Shown one piece after another: positions 27,633 through 34,382 of a DNA stretch of 34,382 nucleotides (the first letter of the stretch is position 1; every line of letters begins with the position of its first letter). A program made the translations under genes and the position numbers. This DNA is from an uncultured Spirochaetales bacterium. GTDB lineage: Bacteria > Spirochaetota > Spirochaetia > SZUA-6 > CAZLRN01. Location of the stretch: positions 1 to 34,382 of the forward strand of contig CAZLRN010000003.1 in the NCBI GenBank assembly GCA_964561715.1, read 5' to 3'. The notes beneath the pieces are model-generated. The model did no database searches. It was not told the origin of the DNA and worked only from the letters and a program-made list of their open reading frames with translations.

Positions 27633-28448
27633 TCAGCCCTCCTCACTCGGTATCTCGTAGACAACCTCTCCGGTTCGGAAGTCTAGCTCTCTTATTTCAT
27701 TGAAGACTTCCTGCCTTTTGAGCACATCAAGAACCATGAAGGTGTATTTTAGCAGACTTTCGTCGAATCTGTCTCCCAGATTCACCCTGACATCATAACC
27801 AACCGGATAAAATATCAATTCATAGTCTATCTCATTGACAGCGACAACTTTTATTTCGGAGATGAGATCGAACAGCTGCGGCTCGTCCCTCCTCATCTCC
27901 GAGAGAGTCCTGAGGAACGGAGAGAGTTTTCGAGGAAGCTTCAATCCCACTATCGGTTTGAAAATGAGTCCCGAAATAACCGGTAGATTCCAGTTCGAGA
28001 CAGATTCTCCGATTTGAAATACGATGCCCTCCGCATCCAGAGCAACCGGAACGCTCCTATCCTCAAGAGTACCAAAGGCCAGGGCGAGAGGGGTGCGCTG
28101 TCGAAGTACAATGCGCAGAGTATCCGGAAAGACCTTCGACACACTGGCTTCTCGGACGATTGGATAGGAGGCAAGCTTCCGAGAAACGGACTTCGCATCG
28201 ATGCGAAAGAAGTACTCCTTTGGTTCCAGGCCGGCCAGCGCCATCATCTCACTTTCGCTAATCGCAAAATCACAATCGACCCGGATATGACGAATGATCA
28301 TCGCGGGGCTGATGAAGAGGGTGAATACCAATTCCAGGATCGCAAGGAGAATGAGAATGGCAATGACGATCCAAAGTATGCCGTTCGCCAAGCTCCTTCG
28401 ATTCTTTTTTGGTGTTTCTCGCTCCGCGAAAAATAATGCTTCAGACAC
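27633..28448 (-). CDS. ftsQ: Cell division protein FtsQ/DivIB
   Basis: TM segment plus POTRA domain (VSKVFPDTLRI), C-terminal LDFR; GTG at 28448 with an AAGGGAG SD; lies between ftsW and ftsA. Confidence 0.92.
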   Translation of the reverse strand: MSEALFFAERETPKKNRRSLANGILWIVIAILILLAILELVFTLFISPAMIIRHIRVDCDFAISESEMMALAGLEPKEYFFRIDAKSVSRKLASYPIVREASVSKVFPDTLRIVLRQRTPLALAFGTLEDRSVPVALDAEGIVFQIGESVSNWNLPVISGLIFKPIVGLKLPRKLSPFLRTLSEMRRDEPQLFDLISEIKVVAVNEIDYELIFYPVGYDVRVNLGDRFDESLLKYTFMVLDVLKRQEVFNEIRELDFRTGEVVYEIPSEEG

Positions 28449-29565
28449 GAGCGACTCCCTTCGACTCATCCAATCCTCGGGAGACATTTATGAGAAGTCC
28501 AGACATAAACAGACTCATGAGAAGCGAAGATCCTCCGGAAGAGAAAAAGGGGAGCGGGATTCCCGTCGCTGGCACAAGCCCGGCTACAACAGCCATATTC
28601 AGTATGGCCTGCAACAGAATCATCGAAGTGATGCCAAAAGCGAGATAGTAGCCGAAGGAGTCTCTGCTTTTCAACGCAATAGAGTATCCCCTGTATGCAA
28701 AGAGGAGAAAGAGCAGGAGAACGAAGACGATGCCGAGGAATCCCCACTCCTCTCCGATGACAGCAAAGATGAAATCAGAATGGGCTTCGGGCAGCGCGCC
28801 CAGTTTTTTCGTGCCCATTCCAAGCCCTTTGCCCCATAGCCCGCCTTCCATCAGGGAGAGCTTCGCCTGAATGATCTGGAAGCCTGACCCAGAGGGATCA
28901 ATGGTGGGATCTATGTAAGACATGATCCTCTCCACCCTGTGTTCCTTGGTGAAGAGAAGTATCGTTCCCAGAGGGATAATGATTAAACCGAGTAGAAAGA
29001 AGTAGATCATTCTCACTCTGGCGACATAAAAAACTAAAAGGGCTATAAAAAAGATGAAGAGGGCCGTCGAAAAATCGTTCTGCACGAGGATCAATCCGAC
29101 AAAAATGCTCACAACGATCAGGGGCGGCAGGAGGTTCTTAAAGGGATCATCAATGCTTTGCTCTTTTTTGCTTAGTATTTTGGCCAGATATATGATAAGC
29201 GCCACCTTGACCAGCTCCGACGGTTGAAAGGATAGCCCGAAGAGGAAAATCCATCGTCGCGCCCCCTGGATAGGCTCTCCAAGTTGAGGCAGAAAGGTGA
29301 GGAGCAGCAACACAAAACTGGCCAGAAGAATGACGGGAACGGAACGCCAGAAAAACTCCAGGGGAGTGCAAGACGCGACAAAGGCGGCTATAGCTCCCAG
29401 CCCTATCCAGATTATTTGCTTGTAGAAGAAGTGATAGGGATCTCTCCCCAGCTTTGCGGCGTGCGCATAGGAAGCCGAATAGAGCACGGAGACGCCGATT
29501 CCCACTAGAAGTGCAATGACAACGACAAGGACAAAGTCTCCAGATTTCTTTTCGATCCTTTCCAA
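28441..29565 (-). CDS. ftsW: SEDS peptidoglycan polymerase FtsW
   Basis: GARRWI, FQPSELVK, LPEAHSDFIFAVIGEEWG, PATGIPLPFFSSGGSS; probable TTG start at 29565 after GGAG. Confidence 0.95.
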   Translation of the reverse strand: MERIEKKSGDFVLVVVIALLVGIGVSVLYSASYAHAAKLGRDPYHFFYKQIIWIGLGAIAAFVASCTPLEFFWRSVPVILLASFVLLLLTFLPQLGEPIQGARRWIFLFGLSFQPSELVKVALIIYLAKILSKKEQSIDDPFKNLLPPLIVVSIFVGLILVQNDFSTALFIFFIALLVFYVARVRMIYFFLLGLIIIPLGTILLFTKEHRVERIMSYIDPTIDPSGSGFQIIQAKLSLMEGGLWGKGLGMGTKKLGALPEAHSDFIFAVIGEEWGFLGIVFVLLLFLLFAYRGYSIALKSRDSFGYYLAFGITSMILLQAILNMAVVAGLVPATGIPLPFFSSGGSSLLMSLFMSGLLINVSRGLDESKGVARV

Positions 29566-29579
29566 AACCTGCTCCGCGG

Positions 29580-30659
29580 TTATTGAATTTTCAGCGTTGA
29601 AAGGCTCAAAATGGCGAAGAGACCTCCCAAAATCCAAAATCGAACGACAACCTTGCTCTCATTCCACCCGATAAGCTCGAAGTGGTGATGTAGAGGCGCC
29701 ATCCGAAAAACCCTCTTTCCGGTCAACTTGAATGAAACGACCTGAATGATTACCGATAGAATCTCCAAAACAAACACCCCGCCCACGATAATGAGCAGAA
29801 TCTCTTTTTTGATGATCAAGGCGATTACGCCCAAAACCCCTCCAAGGGCAAGGCTTCCCGTATCGCCCATCATGATCTCCGCCGGATGGCTATTAAACCA
29901 AAGGAATCCGACTGCCGCTCCGACAAGAGCCAGGCTCAGGATCGAAATCTCTCCACTGCCTTGGATAAATGGGATTTGGATATACTCTGTCCAGTCCACA
30001 CGACCCGTGAGATAGGAGAGAATCGCGAAGGTTATCGCAACGAAAATCACAAGACCGCTGGCCAAACCGTCCAGGCCATCTGTGAAATTGACGGCATTGG
30101 AGTAACCAACCAGCAGCACGATGGAAAGAGGTATATAAAAGTAGGAAAGATCCAAAACAGCCGTTTTTAGAAAGGGTATATAGAGGAGAGTGGTGTGTTC
30201 GTTTTTCATCGAATACAGGATCAGAACAATGATCGTTGATAGAGCTATCTGTCCTATGAACTTAAAACTCGCCCGGAGACCCACGGCGTCTCTCTTTACG
30301 ATTTTGATATAATCATCCACAAACCCGATGACCGAAAAACCAACGACCGATAGAATAAGGATCCAGGTATAGGGATTATCCAAATCTTGCCATAGAAGCG
30401 CGGAGATCACGATCGAAACCACAATCAGAATGCCCCCCATGGTAGGGGTTCCGGTTTTTCTGAGATGTGTTTGCGGTCCATCTCCGCGAATAGTCTGTTG
30501 GGCGGCACGGGCTTTGAGTTTCTTGATGAGCCAGGGCCCGAGAATGAATGAAATCAGAAGGGCGGTAATAGCGGCGTAGGCAGCCCGAAAGGTAATATAC
30601 TGAAAGATATTGAAAACCGTGAAGTATTTGACCAGCGGATACAGATACTTCAGTAGCAT
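29580..30659 (-). CDS. mraY: Phospho-N-acetylmuramoyl-pentapeptide transferase MraY
   Basis: KTGTPTMGG, GFVDDY, NAVNFTDGLDGL, MGDTGSL, MAPLHHHFE. Confidence 0.98.
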   Translation of the reverse strand: MLLKYLYPLVKYFTVFNIFQYITFRAAYAAITALLISFILGPWLIKKLKARAAQQTIRGDGPQTHLRKTGTPTMGGILIVVSIVISALLWQDLDNPYTWILILSVVGFSVIGFVDDYIKIVKRDAVGLRASFKFIGQIALSTIIVLILYSMKNEHTTLLYIPFLKTAVLDLSYFYIPLSIVLLVGYSNAVNFTDGLDGLASGLVIFVAITFAILSYLTGRVDWTEYIQIPFIQGSGEISILSLALVGAAVGFLWFNSHPAEIMMGDTGSLALGGVLGVIALIIKKEILLIIVGGVFVLEILSVIIQVVSFKLTGKRVFRMAPLHHHFELIGWNESKVVVRFWILGGLFAILSLSTLKIQ

Positions 30660-30668
30660 GCCTTCCCC

Positions 30669-32075
30669 CTAAGCAGCGTTCTTGAGAAGAGGCTCCAGTA
30701 ACCTCTCCATCTGGACTCCCCTCGAACCCTTAAGCAGCACGAGATCTCCGCTTCTGACTCTGCCCGTCAACTCCGTGAGAAGAACGTCGAAGCGATCGGT
30801 CCAGTAGAACCAAACATCGCCCTTTTGATGCTTTACCTCGGCAAAGGCATCTTCCATCTCTGCTCCAAAGAGGAAGCACATATCGACGGCTAGCGAACCG
30901 ACTTTGCGGACTATCTGCATGTGAGCTTGGGGGCTTTCTGCGCCAAGCTCGAGCATGCTGCCAAGCACGACGACTTTCCGTCCACTCCAAACCAATGAAG
31001 AGATAAAATCCAGCACAATTTCCATAGAATCGGGATTGGCGTTGTAGCAGTCCTGGATAATAGTAATTCCTTTTCTGATGATCTGAGAACGCCCAAAGAG
31101 AGGTTTCGTTTCCTCCAAACCGATCTTGACACTCTTTGCGTCAGCGCCCAGTGTCGTGGCGAGCGTTATCGCACCGAGAGCATTGAGCAGATTATGACGG
31201 CCGAAAAGAGGGAAGCGGACCTGGAGCCCCTCCCAGTCGATGGCTGTTCCATCCAACCCCAGGTCCTTACTTCCACTGAATCCCTTTGTGCTATTTGGTC
31301 CAAAGGGGATGATTTCTCCTCGAACGCCCTTCGCGAGGGTGTCGAAATAGGATTCGTCCTCGAAGATGAATCCCGTCTCACTCCCAGTAAAAAAGTGGAA
31401 GATCTCTTTCTTTTCTCGGGCGATACGATTCTTTGAGCCAATGAACTCTATATGAGCGGTGCCGATGTTCGTTATCATGGCGTAGCCGGGACGAAGAATT
31501 CGGGCAAGATCCTCCATTTCTCCTTTGTGGTTCATCGCCATTTCAAAGACCGCATAACGATGATCTGCGCTCACTCTAAATGCCGAAAGGGGCAATCCCG
31601 TTTCGGAATTGAGATTACCCTCATTGATCACAGTGCTATCCACCTGGCTCAGGATCGATCCGACAATTTCCTTGGTCGTGGTTTTGCCATTGCTTCCTGT
31701 AATCCCGATTCGGATGAGCCCGCTGAATCGGTCGAGATGATACGATGCCAGATCCTGAAGGGCGCGAAGAGTATTTTCAACAACGATGAATCCCAATCCC
31801 CTCTCTTCGCCCATCTCCTTATAGTGTCTCGCCGAGGTCTGCCATCGTTCCCTGCTCAAAAGCGATAAGGTACTGCCTCTTCGAGCCGCCTCCTCGATGT
31901 ACTCATGTCCGTCTGTCTGGGTGCCGGATAGCGGAACAAAGAGGCTATCCGGAGAGGCCTCCCGAGAGTCGATGCTTACAGATCGCACGGGGTGATGGAC
32001 AGATGGTTCGATCTGCAAACGTCCCTTTGTCGCTTCAACGATCTCCCGCACCGAAAACTCAGCCAATTCCAGCAC
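30669..32075 (-). CDS. murF: UDP-MurNAc-tripeptide:D-Ala-D-Ala ligase MurF
   Basis: VSIDSR, ITGSNGKTTTKE, GNLNSETG, DCYNANPDSM, LGSMLELG, LLKGSRG. Confidence 0.97.
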   Translation of the reverse strand: MLELAEFSVREIVEATKGRLQIEPSVHHPVRSVSIDSREASPDSLFVPLSGTQTDGHEYIEEAARRGSTLSLLSRERWQTSARHYKEMGEERGLGFIVVENTLRALQDLASYHLDRFSGLIRIGITGSNGKTTTKEIVGSILSQVDSTVINEGNLNSETGLPLSAFRVSADHRYAVFEMAMNHKGEMEDLARILRPGYAMITNIGTAHIEFIGSKNRIAREKKEIFHFFTGSETGFIFEDESYFDTLAKGVRGEIIPFGPNSTKGFSGSKDLGLDGTAIDWEGLQVRFPLFGRHNLLNALGAITLATTLGADAKSVKIGLEETKPLFGRSQIIRKGITIIQDCYNANPDSMEIVLDFISSLVWSGRKVVVLGSMLELGAESPQAHMQIVRKVGSLAVDMCFLFGAEMEDAFAEVKHQKGDVWFYWTDRFDVLLTELTGRVRSGDLVLLKGSRGVQMERLLEPLLKNAA

Positions 32076-32077
32076 CT

Positions 32078-32350
32078 CTACTCTTCCCCAATTTCAATGG
32101 TCAAGACCCGGTCACCTTCGAGGATCTGCAGCCCAAGGGCTTCGCGAGAGAGCTTTTCGATCCGCTCCGGTGAGCTGAAGAGCGAGATATTGGCCAGCAC
32201 TTTTTTGTTCTTCTCCAGCCAATCCTTCTGTTGAGCCTCCAGTTCGAGAGTTTCCCGACTGAGCTTCCTGTAGCGGAAGACCTGCCAAACCTCGAGTGAT
32301 AGGAGCACGGGCACAGTGGCAACCAAGAGCAGAATCAGTATCTTTTTCAC
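32078..32350 (-). CDS. ftsL: Cell division protein FtsL-like
   Basis: TM segment, coiled coil and SSPERIEKLSREALGL; follows rsmH; GTG at 32350 with a GAGG SD (the track start overlaps rsmH). Confidence 0.85.
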   Translation of the reverse strand: MKKILILLLVATVPVLLSLEVWQVFRYRKLSRETLELEAQQKDWLEKNKKVLANISLFSSPERIEKLSREALGLQILEGDRVLTIEIGEE

Positions 32351-32361
32351 CCGCAACCTCT

Positions 32362-33336
32362 CTAATCGGCCACCTTTTCGACCACCCTCAACCTTGCACT
32401 TCGACTGGCCGGATTTCTCGCCACTTCCTCTTCTGTCGGCCTGATCGGCTTTTTTGTCAGCGTTCGCAATTCCCTCTTCCCCCCACATTGACAAATCGGC
32501 CATTCGGGAGGGCACTTGCACGACTTATTTTTCTCTCGGAAGTACCGCTTTACGATACGATCCTCCAGCGAGTGAAAGGAAATAACTGCAAGCCGTCCCT
32601 CTCCCTTGAGAACCGAAAAGGCTCTTTCCAAAGCTACCTGCAAGCCGGATAGCTCGTTGTTCACAGCGATACGCAGAGCCTGGAAGCTCCGCGTTGCCGG
32701 ATGAATCCGACCCCGCCTGTAAGGGGCGGGAACCGCATCGCTGATGATCTGGGCCAATCTCTGAGAGCTTTCGATGGCTCTCACCCGCCGCTCCTTGGCA
32801 ATTCTCTCTGATATCCGCCCGGCATAACGCTCTTCTCCGAAGCTTCGAAGGATTGCCGCCAGTTCCGCTTCAGGGAGGGCGTTGACCAGGTCGCGAGCGG
32901 TTTTGCCCTGCCCTGTATCGAGGCGCATATCCAAAGGCTCGTCCCGCCTAAAGGAGAATCCCCTTCCGGCTCTCTCATAGTGGAACTGGGAGATCCCCAG
33001 GTCAAAAAGTATTCGAGCCGGTTTCTCCTCCCAGTTTTGATCGAACCGCTCGAAAAAATCCTGGGACCAGCATCGAAAGAGCCGAAATCGCTGTCCGAAG
33101 GGTGCTAACCTCCTAGCGGCTCTTTCTGCGATCTCCTTATCCACCTCGACTCCAAGGAGAATAAGTTTCGGAAAGGCTTTTAAAAAAGCCTCTGCGTGTC
33201 CCCCCTCTCCGAGATTGGCATCCACCATGACATCCGATTGCTCCCGTGGCTGCAGGAATTGCAGCACTTCTTCCAGAAGAACGGGAACATGGACAGCTCC
33301 GCTCTCACCGCACACGGTACACGCTCCTTGGATCAA
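32362..33336 (-). CDS. rsmH: 16S rRNA C1402 N4-methyltransferase RsmH (MraW)
   Basis: HVPVLLEEV, DANLGEGGHA, DLGIS, PLDMR, HPATRSFQALRIAVN, SFHSLEDRIVK, NPASRSARLR. Confidence 0.98.
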   Translation of the reverse strand: MIQGACTVCGESGAVHVPVLLEEVLQFLQPREQSDVMVDANLGEGGHAEAFLKAFPKLILLGVEVDKEIAERAARRLAPFGQRFRLFRCWSQDFFERFDQNWEEKPARILFDLGISQFHYERAGRGFSFRRDEPLDMRLDTGQGKTARDLVNALPEAELAAILRSFGEERYAGRISERIAKERRVRAIESSQRLAQIISDAVPAPYRRGRIHPATRSFQALRIAVNNELSGLQVALERAFSVLKGEGRLAVISFHSLEDRIVKRYFREKNKSCKCPPEWPICQCGGKRELRTLTKKPIRPTEEEVARNPASRSARLRVVEKVAD

Positions 33337-33776
33337 AGAATCTTCAGCTCGTTTCCTATCTCCTCCGCAGCCTCCTGGAACTCATCTTCATTGACGCTGG
33401 AGTAGGAACGATAAACCTCTTCGTCCCAAATCTCCAGTCGTCTCAGCATCCCAATAACGATGCAATCCTTGTTCAATCCGGCGTACTCCCTCAACGTTGG
33501 GGGTATGGTAATTCTGCCGGTGCGATCGATCTCCGCCTCCTGGGCTGGAGCAATAATCCTTCGATGAATCAGCCGGGCCTTCTTCTGGAAAATGGAGAAC
33601 GATTCGAGGAGCTTGCTGGAGATCTGCGTCCACTCCTCGGGTGGGAAAAGCCAGAGACACGTATCGATCCCTCGGGTCAAAATCAACACGTTTCCGGTGA
33701 TTTCGCTGCGAATCCTTGCGGGAATCATAATTCTCCCTTTTTCATCCAGGGAATATCTGTATTCTCCAGTAACCAT
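33333..33776 (-). CDS. mraZ: Transcriptional regulator MraZ
   Basis: Two DxxGR motifs (LDEKGRIMIP, IDRTGRITIP) and LEIW. Confidence 0.97.
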   Translation of the reverse strand: MVTGEYRYSLDEKGRIMIPARIRSEITGNVLILTRGIDTCLWLFPPEEWTQISSKLLESFSIFQKKARLIHRRIIAPAQEAEIDRTGRITIPPTLREYAGLNKDCIVIGMLRRLEIWDEEVYRSYSSVNEDEFQEAAEEIGNELKIL

Positions 33777-33781
33777 GGCCT

Positions 33782-33811
33782 AATTTACCACTTTTTCCCA
33801 CTTTTCCCCAC
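33782..33811 (-). promoter_or_regulatory. MraZ binding repeats
   Basis: GTGGGGAAAA GTGGGAAAAA GTGGTAAATT: three GTGG boxes at a 10-bp period just upstream of mraZ, matching the known MraZ operator pattern. Confidence 0.85.
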
Positions 33812-33822
33812 TGACAGCTCAA

Positions 33823-33850
33823 ATAATACCTCGGTGCAGACTCTTGTCAA
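33823..33850 (-). promoter_or_regulatory. sigma70 promoter of the mraZ/dcw operon
   Basis: TTGACA-N16-TATTAT directly upstream of the MraZ boxes. Confidence 0.7.
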
Positions 33851-33929
33851 CAAAGAAAGAAAAAATAGCACACAATTCCTCCCAATAAATCCAATTTTAC
33901 TGAACCTTTGTTTAGTGTTTTGGCGAGAA

Positions 33930-33958
33930 TTGACATTGTGATGCAGAATTTGTATCTT
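33930..33958 (+). promoter_or_regulatory. sigma70 promoter for the divergent DUF1820-like gene
   Basis: TTGACA-N17-TATCTT. Confidence 0.6.
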
Positions 33959-34001
33959 TTGCCCGTATACGCTCATACTTATATCTTCGGAGTTGCTTCG
34001 A

Positions 34002-34310
34002 GTGGTATTATATCGAGTTCACTTCAAGTGGAAGGAGAAAGAGATTCAGCTCACAGCAAAGAGCCTGGATCTCACTCATCCCTATTTCGTATCCATCAAG
34101 GACCTCGTCTTTCCCAAAGGAAAAAAGATCATCATCAACCCTTCGGAGGATGACATCAGAAGGACCTTTGAGAAATCAAATCACCTGATGATACCGTTTC
34201 AGTCCGTTGTTCTCATCGAGGAGGTGAACGGTGAGGAGGGCACCTCTAAGGTCATGCCTTTCGGGCTCGTCGAGGACAGTCCAAGAAGAAAAAAGAAGGA
34301 CAGCCAGTAG
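34002..34310 (+). CDS. DUF1820-family-like small protein
   Basis: LYRVHF...FVSIKDLVF...IIINPSEDDIRRTF...IPFQSVVLIEEV resembles DUF1820 from memory. GTG at 34002 with GGAG 9 nt upstream (track start TTG 33993). Confidence 0.7.
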   Translation: MVLYRVHFKWKEKEIQLTAKSLDLTHPYFVSIKDLVFPKGKKIIINPSEDDIRRTFEKSNHLMIPFQSVVLIEEVNGEEGTSKVMPFGLVEDSPRRKKKDSQ

Positions 34311-34333
34311 CTCTCAATCCAACGTATCGCCCG

Positions 34334-34382
34334 TTGCCTCATATAAAATTCTAACCATAATAGATGGATGCCTCACATAAAA
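34334..34382 (+). promoter_or_regulatory. Possible sigma70 promoter and start of the next gene (truncated)
   Basis: TTGCCT-N16-CATAAT followed 6 nt later by ATG CCT CAC ATA AAA at 34368. Confidence 0.3.

Noticed and set aside
30669-32350. Absence of ftsI, murE, murD, murG and murC from the dcw cluster
   Set aside because: This reduced dcw order is the usual spirochete arrangement.
695-33941. Many long plus-strand ORFs (for example 5559-6329, 11329-12039, 19842-20759, 22313-23182, 24518-25525, 33246-33941)
   Set aside because: They are antisense shadows of conserved genes with no recognisable motifs.

Overview
Core-genome region of a spirochete (Spirochaetia; spirochete-type FlbB, FlbD, FliY, FlgE and gene order). 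Almost all of it is one co-directional minus-strand block of about 33.8 kb. It runs from a reduced dcw cluster (mraZ-rsmH-ftsL-murF-mraY-ftsW-ftsQ-ftsA-ftsZ), through xerD, a TPR lipoprotein, dprA, xerC and hslVU, into the flagellar cluster (flgBC-fliEFGHIJ-flbB-fliK-flgDE-flbD-motAB-fliLMY-fliOPQR-flhB, cut by the window edge). A divergent DUF1820-like gene lies at the right end. I see no RNA genes, transposases, cas genes or true CRISPR array, and no clearly new multi-gene system. The most interesting signals are small: (i) short intergenic hairpins sharing a TTAGGAG...CTCCAGT frame, one of them between 24-bp palindromic direct repeats at the fliH stop; (ii) a Cys-to-Ser change at the FlgE lysinoalanine cross-link position; (iii) two matching sigma28-like promoters, one inside the export genes; (iv) probable non-canonical starts for fliR (ATA) and fliO (ATC); (v) no topA between dprA and xerC. 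All calls come from motif recognition by eye; no searches were run.
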